Shown here piece after piece: positions 51,536 to 64,000 of a stretch of DNA of 64,000 nt; the first letter of the stretch is position 1; every line of letters begins with the position of its first letter. The DNA lies in the NCBI GenBank assembly GCA_030265395.1, contig JARFYF010000057.1, positions 8,070,977-8,134,976 on the forward strand. The letters are read 5' to 3'. A program made the translations under genes and the position numbers. The notes beneath the pieces are model-generated. The model worked only from the letters and a program-made list of their open reading frames with translations. It was not told the origin of the DNA and searched no databases. Source of the DNA: Rhina ancylostomus (lineage: Eukaryota).

Positions 51536-52940
51536 GTGTATGTATTTTGATTCTGAGATTCTGTATTTTAATGCAGGCACTAGGAAAGGAAAACCAGTTT
51601 TAATTGGTATTTTTCAAGTTTTGATAAGAATGACACCTCTCAGACCTTTCAGGGGATTTGACAACTGAAATTACTTTGTTACTGTTGAAATTAGAATTAT
51701 GAGCCCTCATCTTTATGTTTCATCTTCAGCCTGTTACTTATTGTTTTTTCTTCAATGGTTAGCTGAGATTTAAAACTTCTCATTAGGATGCAATTCTGCC
51801 TTTTGTACTTGGTGGTAGCACTGGTGTATTGGTGCAGGGCATGCTGTGCCATTGTTCGCTAAGAAAAAGTAATTCATAGATCAGAACTATTGCTTGGTAA
51901 CAGGATATTTCTTCCTCTTTCCTACCCCCACCTCCATTCAAATAAGCATTTCTGCTTATCTATCATTGTAGGCAATGATGTTCATCATTCAACCTTCTCA
52001 CAAGATATGCTGTAGGTTGTAAGTACTAGCATCTGTAATTAAGTATTAAAATCAATCCAGCATTGCCCTAAATATTTGAAATGTTTATTAAACTACCAAA
52101 AATTGAACAGTTCTAGAATACTTCAAGATGGCTAAAGTAGATTGATTCTTTCTTAAATTATTACACTGCTGAAGCATTGCAATTTAGTCTGATGAAACTG
52201 AATGGCCTTGCAAGACCAAGATCAGATAATTCCGCCTTTTCCTGGGATATTTGAGTCTGATCAGAGTGGCCAAATACTCTCTTTAGGGTAGCAATTGAGG
52301 TATTATGTCATTGTAGGATTTCAATATTTTTCTGTAGATGCTCTCTCCATCAAATGAAGAATTTGCTCTCTGTTGATGCAACCTCTTTCTCAATTTTTCA
52401 TTTTGCTCCCCCAAAGTAAGAATATATTGGGTGTTCAGTATTTTAGTATACAGATTGAACTTGAAATCCTTCAAATGGATTATTTTGGTAACTTGCATAT
52501 TAATACCTTCAGGATTTTTAACAGCAAATATGGAAGCCACATGTGGAATAATTGGTTGCCAGAGAGGAAATCAATATTTTGAAAATATGCATGAACAAAA
52601 AGGCTTCAGTTGAGTTTCATTGTGAAAATTTTAATAATGACTTCAAAATTATCTGACACGATTGTCATCTTCATGATGATTTTGAGGTGGGAGAAGGGAA
52701 AGTGCTGATGATGGTGGAAAATACTTTGGATCGACCCAAAAGTCAAATTCATCAGAAGTTTGAGTGTTTGAATACATGAAGACCTGCAAAACATCAACTT
52801 TTGAAGTTATTCACAGGATTAATTATTGATGTGCATATTATTTGAAGATATTTAACTTGCTCCAAGGGCCATCAGTATAGCTTCCATCGCCAGGCTGAAA
52901 TCGGTAAGATTATTTGCAAAGAAATGCTTGATATTAAAGG

Positions 52941-53508
52941 TGTTGTGATATACATAGAATATAGTTCAAAACCTGATGTTTCCAGCCTTTACTTGTCATT
53001 TCACATAAGAAAAAGTGCCAAGTGTGTTGGTTGGATTCTCTGAAAAGATTATGGACTTTGTCCGTATTGGTAAGTATGCACTTAAATAGAATTCTAAATA
53101 CTGGGTGTTATGATTGAGTTGTGTTCTTGTTAGGATATTTAAGTGATGTTTAATCAATATTTCAGCTAGTGTTTTCAAAAATCTTGTTTTGAGTAACTTT
53201 CTTTTTCTTTCTTTCGCAGTAATGGAGGAGTGCAAGTTGAAAGCTGCTACTCCAGCAAAGAAATTAGTGCAAGGTAATTTGTTGCATTTTTTGATGTTGA
53301 TATAATGGGTTATAATGTGGTCTTTTCATGATTTTGAGCAATGTTGTGGCGCCTTCGGTGACTATGATGTCTCCCCTGATTAAACAATATTGGCCTAATA
53401 TTTAAGTGAATCCAACACATCTGTCTTTCACGAGGAAAAAAATGCAAAGTTTTAAAAAAAGTGCTGAAAACATCAGGTTTTGAACTATATTCTATGCATA
53501 CCACAACA
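52941..53508. repeat. 46-bp inverted repeat (52941-52986 / 53463-53508) bracketing CHAF1A exon 2
   Basis: 43 of 46 positions are complementary, with a 29-bp perfect core catagaatatagttcaaaacctgatgttt. Confidence 0.92.
53220..53273 (+). CDS. CHAF1A: CHAF1A exon 2 ((V)MEECKLKAATPAKKLVQ)
   Basis: Strong polypyrimidine acceptor ctttttctttctttcgcag and donor CAAG/gtaatt, 54 nt, phase 1/1. Resembles human MDCKDRPAFPVKKLIQ. Confidence 0.92.
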
Positions 53509-53769
53509 ATATTGCATACCTACGTGCCCAGTAAACTCTGACAGGACATATTTGTGAATGGGCATCAACTGATTTGCAGAATGACTTCTGCATTAAGTTT
53601 GCCCATCACATCTGTGCTAGCTCTATTGCATTGAGCAATCATGCATTGGGGTTAGGAAACTGCTCAATTGTTTATTGGCTTATTGTCATAAAATCATAAA
53701 CTTTTATAACACAAAAGGAGATTATTTATTTAATGGTCTCCTTGCTTGTCCAAAAAACAGCAACCCAGC

Positions 53770-54310
53770 CTAATTCCTCCCCACCCCTCACTCTTCCTTT
53801 TCCAGCATAGCAGCTCAGTCACTCTCCTTTGGGCTTTTACATTTTTAATTAGCCTGTCACGTGACACTGTCAAAAATCTTGCTGACATACACCGAGTACA
53901 AACACAATTTGTTACCATCTCAAAACGTTCTAATCAAATTGGCCCAAAACAATTTTAACAAATCTGTGACGATACCTTATTAATTTTGGCTTCCTAAATG
54001 AAGGATTATACAGTCTATCAGACTTAATTCAAACAATTTGCCCAACTCTGAAGATGAGCAACCTGGCCTGTAATTCTTCAGTTCATCTATTCCTCACTTA
54101 AATAATAGTGCATTAGCATTCTTTTGGCTTTACTCCTGGAGTCAGGGAGGATTGACATTGTAGTCAGCACTATTAGCACCCAACCCTTGCTGTTTTTAAC
54201 TGTCTGGGATGTATTTAAACCTGAAAATGTGTCCACTTCCAAGATTTTAATCCCATTATCTGCTTCTACTATGTTTAAGCTATCCTGTATTTCAGACTTG
54301 TCCTGCTTAA
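53770..54310 (-). mobile_element. Highly decayed CR1 fragment
   Basis: Eroded RT-region similarity (ctggcctgtaatt, actcctggagtcagggagg). Confidence 0.4.
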
Positions 54311-54762
54311 TGGCATCATCGTCAGTGTGGTATTCAATAATTTAAAAAAAACCTCTGGATATTTGGTATAAACTAATTTGTGATGATTTACATTTGTAAC
54401 GGTGATGGCAGCAGCTCCATAAATGCACCCCAATGGAATGGAATGTTGTGCTGTCTCTTGGGGAAAATCCCTGTCCTAATTCCAATGTCTAAATGAATGT
54501 TACTCCTCTAATACTGCATCAAATATATTAACTAGTTTATTATGGCTTTGTGAACGATTTTTATTGAAACACTTTTCAGCTTAACTAATAAACCAATTGA
54601 GTCTCCCAAGTGTGGCCAACATGTTCAACGCTCAGGGAGGAGTTTCTAACTTCCCAATAGAAGGGGAAATTAGAAGTGAAATGGAAGCTGGAATTGTTAT
54701 TTGGAATGTTAGAAACTTGTCCTTGTTTTTTTGATCTTAATGGTCGTAATTTTATGTTGCAG

Positions 54763-55583
54763 CACGATTACCTTTCAAACGTCTCAATCCCATACCAAAG
54801 CCAGAAAATGAAGAGACTGATGATGCCAAGCGGACAAAAATATCTCCCAATTCACCTGGGCAGCTAACTTCAGAAAAACTGATGGTCTCTGTTGAGGATG
54901 TTGAGAATGACTGCAAAATAAACTTAGATGGCCAGACTGGAAATTCACCGACGTTGGATGGGGATCTTGTTCCCTCCAAACTTGTTAATGGGAAAGGACC
55001 TCTTGATGGTTTCTTGAATTTCATTCAGAAGAGTAAGCCCGTGCCCAAGATGCACAGTAGTGAACTCCATTCCACAATTGACTTGACATGTGATTCTAGC
55101 AACGAAGTCATGGACAGTGCAGACACCACAGTTATAAAAGTAGTGCCTTCTAAATGTCTGAGTAAGAAAACAAATGTTGATTGTGAAAAAACATGCAACT
55201 GGTTGAGAGCTAGTTTAACAAAAGCAGTAACTTCTGAATCTATGAATTCTGGAAATTCAGTACCTGGGGAGACTAGCAGTGAAACGAAGGCCAAGGAAGG
55301 GCAAGAAATTGAAAGTGCAAGCCCTAGTTCTATCAGCTTACTTGGAAGCAGAGTTCCAGTGGTGGTATTGAAAGATATAATGGCTGATAAATCATGCTGG
55401 GCTGGGAACCTGGCAAAGGGGATAGTCCAAGTTGAAGGAATGCAATCATTTGATAATGAAAATAACAACTCGCCGATCAGCTCTTTATCAAGTTCATTTT
55501 CATCTGTTGAGAGTTCACCAGAAGCAAGAACTCCAAAGGATAAGAGGAGTCCAGTATCTACATTAACGACTTCAGGCAGCAAG
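54763..55583 (+). CDS. CHAF1A: CHAF1A large exon 3: PIP1 core (Q)ARLPF, LVNGKGPLDGFL block, SIM-like STIDLT, HP1-binding PxVxL (RVPVVVLKDI), Ser-rich PEST-like region
   Basis: Acceptor ttatgttgcag, 821-nt open exon in phase 1/0, donor AAG/gttgat. Motifs match human p150 ARLPFKRLN, KLVNGKGPLDNFL, VIIDLT and KVPMVVLQDI. Confidence 0.95.
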
Positions 55584-57324
55584 GTTGATTAAAAATATTT
55601 CTGCACATTTTGAAATTTCTGATGGGGAAAGAGAAAGAAAAGCATCAATGATTTTAGCATATTTAATGAGAAATAATTTAAGTGGATATAAGCTAAAATG
55701 TTATCGTATCCTGAAAAATTACTTTTCAGGGAGGGGAGGAAGGACATCTTGCACTGACCAGTGAGTTTCCCAAGAGATCCAGATGTCCCCCTTTTGAGGT
55801 CTTTTTTTTTTGCTTGCAGCATGCCTACAGATGGAATCATCTGTTGGGTGGCTCCCACCTGATCAGAAAGACTCCACATAATGTTAGATCTCTCCAAGTG
55901 CAAGTGTCAGATTCTGCCACAAGAATTACTTTTAACACCTGGTATGAGCATAGCCCCATTTTGAAATGAATATTTGTGAATGAGTTAAGCATTGAAAGCA
56001 TGCCATTGCTCTAGAGCGTGCTACTAAAATATTTAAACACACTTTCACACACACTTAATTCAGTTTATTTGAATAAATTTAATTGTTTAAATCAAATGTA
56101 AAGGGAAGTGGACAGCCACTTGAGATGTATTTTGGTGGGCCTGCTGGACTTGTGCTAGGTTCAGCAGGCAGGGTTTCCTAGCTCAAGTCCTGGGAAATGC
56201 AGGGAAGTTTGTTCTTCTTCAGGAGTCTACTGGTTGAGTGCGAGTACTTAGTAGAATGAAGTGTTGGACTTGAGCCTGAATTTGATTCCTGGTCTTCCAC
56301 CTAGTTAACTGGGTAAAAGCTGTCAGAATCAAGTGGATCTTCGAGATCTTAAACAGAAGATGAGGCCATTGATTAATAAATTGAGTACTGATTATAGACA
56401 TACATTCATAAAATAACTAATTAACTTAAAGCTTAATATCCATCTTTAAGTTCTGTATATGTTCTCTCTGAACCCAAGAAGTGCTGTGTGATTGTTGTCA
56501 CCATTCGCTCCCTCCCAAATTCTTCCATTTCTTGGAAATGTTGTAGTACTAAGTATTCCAGCCGTTGGACTTAAGAATGTTTTGTATCCTCACACTGGCA
56601 TTTTATCTTTTATTTCTGTCCACCTTTTTATTCCTTGTCATCTGTTGTGCTTATCATATCTTCTGTGCATCTTAGTCCATCCTTTGAATTGCTACTTTAT
56701 TTCCAGATTTGTTCCCTTTTCCTGGTTACTTATAAAGAATATAGCTTGTGGGAGAAGAACTTAAAACTTAATTTTGGAGATCATCAGTCAGCAGAAACCA
56801 ATGGAAACAATCAAAACTACTTGCCTTTGGTACTTTTCATAAAGACTCCTTTCTTTTTCCCAGTCCCTCTGCCACCTCCTCTCAACCTTTTATTCTTGCT
56901 AAGTGTGTCAAAATATTTTTCATAATTGCAACGTCTTATTCAATGAATATGAATGCTTGTGGGAGAATTTGAAGGAGGATGGAAATGTTAAAATTAAGGT
57001 GTTTATCAATCTAGGANNNNNNNNNNAGGAGGCACCATGGGTGAGTAAGTGACCGGGGCTAGTGAATAGGGAAATGAGCAGCAAAGTATTTGGTGACATG
57101 GTTTACTTTTGAGTCCTTGATAGTCTGGTTATTCTATATTATGTTCATATTTCTATAATGGGGCCCCATATCAGTATTTTAAAAGTACCATGCATATGGT
57201 TAACCATTTTGTTTTGTATTGATTGTCCTACATTTAAAACTGAATCCTATTTTCTTTCATGCTTTCTGTCTTTAAGAAGAATTCTATGCCCATAATACTC
57301 TACCTGCATCCTTAATAATTTTGT

Positions 57325-58095
57325 TATTTGTCGAACTCAGTATTAAGTCTTGAAGGTTATAAACATGCTCAGTTGGAAGATGAGGTGCTGTTCCTCAAAG
57401 TTGGGTTCATTATAACATTATAAAAAGCTAAAAGTAGGGTAGTGGAGAATTGATGACTGGCAACTGGAAGCTCCGAATTGCCTGTGCACTATACAGAGGT
57501 GTTCTGCTTAGTAGTGACCTGATCCATGTTTGGCTCCTCCAACATAGAGGAGAGTACATCATGTGCACTGAAAGCAATACATCAGATTGGAAGTGCAACG
57601 TGTGAATTTCTATTTGTGTCCCTGTTCAGTGGGAAGGAATGAAATAAAAGGATGTGCTGCATCTCTGGTTATATGGGAAGATGCTTTGAGAAGGAAAGTA
57701 GCTATTGTTGGCAATGGAAAAGTAAATCAGGGAATCAGAAGGAACAATCCCTTTGCCTTGCTCAGAATGGAAGATGTTGGCATCACATTGAAGGTGGAAT
57801 AAAATGAAGTCTGTTGGACATAGCAGTTTGTGGGAGCCAAAGGAGAGTACAAGGAGGGCCTTCACTTTTCCCCACCCACCCAGAGCGCAGAGGGGGTGAG
57901 AACTAAAGTGCAGGAAATTAGAAGTCTGGTTGGGAGCCCTTTCAATTCCAGTAGAGGAGAAATCATAATTAAGGGGGGGGAAAAAAGTCTTGGAAACTGG
58001 TGTGATAAGTGTTGTCACCCAGATGGTTATGATGGAGCCGCACATGTTCAGAAAGTTGAATGGAGTCCTTGCAGGAAGCTCTAAGAGGAGTTGTA
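57325..58095 (-). mobile_element. Penelope-like element fragment (RT C-terminus and GIY-YIG endonuclease)
   Basis: Minus strand encodes FTRCTSNLMYCFQCT*CTLLYVGGAK...AEHL and ASCKDSI. Confidence 0.8.
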
Positions 58096-61000
58096 TGCCA
58101 CTTTTCAGTTATGTAAAGATGCAATAGCTTCAAATTACCCACTTAATAATCTTGTTGCTAGGTAAAACTGGAAACTGAATGCATTTTTTTTAAATGTGTT
58201 AGGGAAAATATTGGTCATTTTTGAGATAACTGTATAGCCTTTTACCTGTTGCTTCCTCAGTCCATTTAGTATTTTGGAAGTGGATTGTGAGCAGAACTGC
58301 ATCAATATTTCTGAAGGTCATGTCATATCCTACTGCTTTTATTTTAAATGTTCTTAACTGTTTGAATTATTTTTTACTTGCAATTTAAATGGCAGGTACT
58401 GAAAACTTGGATTGCTAAATACGATATCCCTGCTGTGAACTGTTGAATTTTGCAGCATTACTGTTCTGTTTATTAATGAATTCTTGTCTTTGACTTGGAC
58501 ATTCTTTTAACTAAGTAGGGTTTACTCCTGCTTCCTATTGCTTAATTATTCTATCTGTTGCCTACCCTTTCTGAGTAGGGTGCAGTTGGTGGTGCCAAGA
58601 TGAACAGTGCTACCCTTTTCTCAAAGCCAATCTTGTGTGGGATATAGAACATGAAATTGAAAACCTGGCTCAATTTCAGACCTCTTGAAATTCAAAGAAA
58701 GCATCTAAAGAGAAAATTTGAAGTTGACTTCATCCTTGTTTATGAATTATAGCAAAATCAGAAAGGATGATAATATGTAAAATAACAGCATTTTACATGG
58801 TGGTTCCTTTTAGAGAGAGATACTTCGTACTTGAGTAACTTTATGAAATTCCACCGTACCCAGCAAAGTCATAGCTGTAACCAAGTGTGCTCTTCGTCCA
58901 ACAGTATTGCTTGAACCAGCTTTAAGTCATGCATGGCTAACCTTTATACAGCTGGTCTTCATAGAAATTTAGCTGAGAGATTTTTTTTTTGTCCTACATG
59001 CCCTCTTCTTGCATCAGAGGAAGAAATGCTTTTTGGTCTCTCCCCACTACCCAACCGCCCCCTCAGTTATTCAATTGTCTACTCTGGAAAAATAAGGTGT
59101 GCATTATAAAGATAATAAAATTAAATTACTTTCCTGGATGGTGTCTTCCCTGTTGGTACAACATCATGAAATCATGGTCTCAACTATTTTCTGCCTATTG
59201 ATTCAGAATGCCCTTTTATGTAACCAGACAAACTAAAACCAAACACACGATCTCTGTTCTGGGTTGGACTAACTAATCTCTTTTAAGAATGGAGGAAGAT
59301 TCTATAGTTGATCATGGGACTGCTGAATTAGAGAATAGAAAATTGTTGAACTTGTCCTGAATTTATCCAACAGTGCCTTATTCTTGTTGATTTCAAATGT
59401 TCAATGCAAATAGGATAAGCCCTGGTTGTGTCGCCACTGTCCAGTGTATGTTGGACCGCTAATGTTCACTGCAAATGCCACTTGGATATGCATTGTATCC
59501 GTTTTATGAGTGAGATCTTGTCTGAATTGAAGCTAAAACTAACATTCATTGATTATATTGTTTCCTGCTTGGTCTCCCACAAAATGTCCCATTAACATAT
59601 AACCATTTCTGCATCAAAGGAACCTTGGAATTGAGGGTATAGTAAAAGAAAATGGACTTTAATATCTCTGACTGTAGCCTCATTTCCACAGTCCTTTTGA
59701 TGCAGAAATGGTTATATGTTAATAGGATATTTTGTGGGAGGTCAAGCAGGAAACAATGGGGATTAGAAGGGTTTGGCATTGGTACTTGAATAGGGTCTGG
59801 TCGGCAGATCTAAGCTGTCTGTCTTTTACCTCTTGTGTTTCAAACCCTGGCAATATAAACACATTTTGAAGGATATTGTGTTATAACACTCTATCATTAT
59901 ATTGGTCAATGTCAATCTGAACAAGGTACATAATGCTAGTAAAAGCATTTATCAAACTTTTGAAAAGTAATTTGTAGTATCAATAGGACCTTTTAGGATA
60001 GGCTTGCTTCCCTTCTAAATTTTAATATCTCCTTTGCCTCTGCATTTTACCTTGTTGCATTATTTAGAACTCTGATATTCATAAAGCTTTCTATCATTAA
60101 TATTTTTTAAAAATTATTTGAATTTGGTGCATGTTACAATGAAAGATGTTTTTCTTTATTGTTTTAAACCTGTGGAACTCCTGCATGGACTAGGCACAGT
60201 GGAAAATTTTAATCTATTCTCTGGATAACCTTAAAATCCAGAACCAGGTTTAAGAGTTTGCAACTAGTTAAGAATAGTTTATTCATATCCAAATCCATGA
60301 AACAAGTAGGAAATGTCCAAAGGCCCTAACATCTTTACAAGCTTTTAAAATTTTGTCCAGGGATATCATTCAGTAGATTTGTGCATTCTTTTTCTGAATT
60401 GTTTTGGAAGTGGCACTTGGTGTAATTATGATTCTTAGCATCTTGATTAACTTATTGAAATGGTAGCATTTGGTCAATGACCACTTTGGTATACTTTTGA
60501 AATCTATAAGGAGCTAAGTAATGTGATGGGAGGAAAATAAAAATTATCTCTTCTTGGATATAGATTTAAATCCAGCTAGAACTGCGTGGGAATTACCAGT
60601 GCAGAGTTTGACGTGCAAAGTTTTAATAATTTGAGTGCATTATTCTGACTCTGGGCATGCACAGTCATTGCAATCTAGTTTCAAAATGATACCAATTCAT
60701 TATCAAAGATTAATAGTTGGGAAAATTCAAAATATTGCACCAGTATTATAGTAAATATATCCTACAAATACAGCTTAAAAGTAATTTTAAAAGGCCTTTT
60801 GATATATATCATGAAGCTTTTCACATCACTCAAGCATACAAATGTGACATAATGAATTGAGCTAATAATCCAAATTTTTGAATCCATTTTAAAAACTTTG
60901 AAATCCAGCTCAAAATCCTAGAAGTGTTAATAGTACTTCGAAAAAATATTGGGGTCACCACGTAGATTTCTTGGTTTAGAGACATGTTTTGGGTCTCATT

Positions 61001-61583
61001 GTGGTTCCATATCAGTACTCCCACTAAAAGCTGAAGTTTTTAGTTTTGAAGTTTTTAGCACTGGTAGTAGCAGTTGGCCACTGGTTCTATGTATTGTGGC
61101 ATAGTAAAATCCAGACATTTTATTGGGATGTTGTGATATTGTTTGTGCATCAAACTATAGACTAGTTCATTTATGGGCATAACAGTGCACAGCTGGATTT
61201 TTTTCAAAGAGCACAAGATCATCTGCTCTAACCATTTGAAATTGAATTTTGCAAAAGTGATTAAAAATTCTTTTGAAGCCCTAGTTTAAATATTAGTCTT
61301 TATAACCCCTTAAGAAAATTTGTTCCATATATTTGTAAATAGTTCAAAGAAATTGAAGTTTAACTATGAAGAACTAAATACCTTGCCAATTAGTTTGGTT
61401 TTGTAACTTATTGTAATCTCAAACTGTTTTGAGTTGATGATTTTGAAGTGTTGCTGCTGTGCATCTTCATCAAAAAGATGAAGTGCATGCTGCAAGAAAG
61501 TGATCAATTTGTTCCTGTTTAATAATGGACACAGTTATTTTATCTCACTGTTCTATTTATAAAAGGCTATTGTGATTTTGCAG

Positions 61584-61631
61584 ATCTGTCAGACTCCTAA
61601 GGTGCGAGGCAAGAGATCCCTGCAGCAACAG
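61584..61631 (+). CDS. CHAF1A: Probable CHAF1A exon 4 (ICQTPKVRGKRSLQQQ); the KER-domain exons lie beyond the window
   Basis: Acceptor gattttgcag, donor CAG/gtattt, 48 nt, phase 0/0, open and basic. Fits the short basic linker exon preceding the KER region, but peptide similarity is low. Confidence 0.65.
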
Positions 61632-62499
61632 GTATTTTGATCTATTAACAGAGTTAGTATTGAGTTAATATCTTGCTTTTGCTGACAACTTCATGCTGTG
61701 TTTTCCTCTTTCCCCAGTGCTCAGGGTTATATTAGTAGTTCTGGTGACTGTGTAGTATCTGGTCTTGGGCAATTAAACTGAGAGGATTGTTGCCACAGAT
61801 TTGTGATGGGCAGATTTGCGTAGCTCTTATTCTCCCTGTATAAAACTGTATCATTTCAATTGAAGGTTCCTGAATGGTATCCATTTTGAAAATGTGCAGA
61901 ATTGAAAGAAAATTACTTATTTGAAGAAGACTAAGGGCAACCCATTGGGGAATGACACTCAGTGTTATAACATACAGTTGTTACATACCAGCAACAATAG
62001 AAACACACTGAGTCATGTACAAGTGTTTAAAAACTATTTTATTAATAACTACTTGTAATAATCAGAAAAGTAAAAACATTAGATATCAAATATATCCTCA
62101 AAACTAAACTCTAAGTGTGTGTGGCAAATTCCCAAACTCCAAGTCCAGGAATAATTCTCAAAGTTCAGTTCAGCAAGTCATCAGGTGAGACATGAGCAAA
62201 GGCTTTTACAAAACCACTGACTGAAGACAAAATGGAGAGAGAGAATTTATGAAATCCACGTGTTCCACATTGGGACCCATATGACACCTCAATCTCATGT
62301 GATCTCCATTGCTTTGTTCCGGAATATCTGCCATCCTGAAGGCATTCGAGACGTGGCCGTCCACACAAATACTTGTTTCCCTCTACAGGTTAACGACAAA
62401 GTGGACTCCACTGGATTACTTCAAAAATCCATACGTGGATTGTAATGACAGACACAGTTACTGTCTTTCATTCATCGATAGAGACTAGCAGGCTGGTGT

Positions 62500-62812
62500 C
62501 ACTCACTATGCTCCATCTTAAAGGGACATTCACCAATAGTAACCTAGTTCGTGACACATTGATCAACACTTGGTCCGTTGCCTTCTCTATCTTGTCATCT
62601 AGACACTTGTTAAATGTGGTGGGAATACCTGGCTCCACCACCCACTCAGACACTGTGGTCCAGATCCCAACCACCCCCTGGGTGAACAAGTTCTTCCTCA
62701 GATCCCTTCCAAACATCATACTCCTTAACCTAAACCCATGCCCTCTAGTTTTAGACACCTCTGCCATGTGGATAACTTTCCTACTATCTACCCCATCTAT
62801 GCCTCTTTTGTA
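62500..62812 (-). mobile_element. CR1 3' fragment
   Basis: ORF 62468-62818 RGIDGVDS...SKTRGHGFRL...FTQGVVGIW...VVEPG..TTFNKCLD. Confidence 0.85.
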
Positions 62813-63479
62813 TGTCATTGGACAATAGTTGGAGATCAGAATATTGAGCAGCTTGAATGTAGAGCTGTTGGACCATCAAGAACATCAGACACATTAACTA
62901 ACTTACATTTAGAATCAAATTATTTAACTGTGAGAGTGGGATAGGGTCAGAAATGACCATCATGGCTTACCGTGTGTCCTTTCCAGAGAAAAAAAACTGT
63001 GTTACATTAGACAGGGTGGAATTTCAAATTGAGTTTGGATTTTGTTATAAATATAAGGTATTGTCAACAGTGTGGCCAGAGGACCCTCAGGAATCGTAAT
63101 TTACTACAAATGGACTATTCAGCCCCCTCCTTGTGCATAACAGCTAAATAATTGACCTATTAGTAAAATAGACTCGGACAAGCAAATTGTTTCTGTTTAT
63201 TTATGGGCAACACGTGCTCATGATCTGGTTTCTTTTAGCTGCTGGTTTCATGGTTTTCTCTCAGGAAGGGTGGTACATTTTTTCTGTCTTACTGGGTACC
63301 TTGTGGTCACAGCGTGCACATTGCATGAGGGTAACAAGTGTGAAAGGACATCGATGGGACCTGTTCTGAATAAAATTGTGAACACAACTGTACTTACTAT
63401 GGAGCCTGTAACATATATAGTTATAATTCAGTTGTTAAGACCATGAACAAAATGCAAGTTATGATTTAACATTCTCACT

Positions 63480-63715
63480 CCTAGCTGGTGACTCACACTG
63501 AGGATAGCAGGTACGGGTCAAGGGATAAAACTACATGCCAATAGCTTGGGTGATTAGCTGCTGTAGATTACCTCTAGTGCAGATGAATGGCGGGAGAATC
63601 AGGGGGAGTTGAGGAGCATGTGAGAGAAAGAAGTCAGCGGGGGAAGGCAATTGATGGGATTGCTCTGACAGTTGTCAAAGACTCGATGGGCCAAATAGCC
63701 TCGTCTATTGTGAGA
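63480..63715 (+). mobile_element. Decayed V-SINE
   Basis: attagctgctgtagattacctctagtg...ggagaatcagggggagttga...gactcgatgggccaaatagcctc, the same family as 25495 and 46970. Confidence 0.55.
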
Positions 63716-64000
63716 AATATCGGAAATTACAGAGTCAGGTTGGTCCTGTCACTGGAGGGTGACTGTGCTGCCATTATAACTGCAGTGTGGAGGAAGGACT
63801 ATTTCACTTTGATGCTTCTGTTCTGGTGTGAGGTGAAGTTTTGGGCCGGGTAAGGGAGCAGTGTGTGCTGATCTCAGTAGAACCAGGCAACAATAGTTCC
63901 CGACGTGTATATTACTGTGCATGGTGTACGAATCCACAGGGTGCACATCCTAGACATTCTTGACCTCTCTCACTGTATGATGGTTCCCAAGTGAAGTCTT

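Noticed and set aside
55025-55582. 185-aa antisense ORF (and the 90-aa ORF at 54752-55024)
   Set aside because: Shadows of CHAF1A exon 3, with no recognisable domain.

Overview
This is vertebrate genomic DNA from a gapped draft scaffold. The repeat repertoire (CR1, Rex/Babar, RTE, Penelope-like elements, V-SINE/HE1-type and Deu-domain SINEs) suggests a cartilaginous fish, which is an inference. The window holds the 5' ends of two divergently transcribed genes in the same head-to-head arrangement as in mammals. SH3GL1 (endophilin A2, minus strand) has coding exons 1 and 2 separated by a ~34 kb intron. CHAF1A (CAF-1 p150, plus strand) has coding exons 1-3 and a probable exon 4, carrying the PIP1, SIM and PxVxL motifs. 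Each gene has its own CpG island, and the two ATGs are ~14 kb apart. The rest is intronic/intergenic sequence full of decayed transposons. The most notable observations are: (1) a 46-bp near-perfect inverted repeat plus nested shorter helices centred on the 54-nt CHAF1A exon 2, whose skipping would stay in frame and regenerate the QARLPF PIP motif; (2) decayed minimal hammerhead ribozyme motifs in the Penelope-like pseudo-LTRs; (3) four co-oriented CTCF-like motifs just upstream of SH3GL1. Repeat boundaries are approximate, read by eye.
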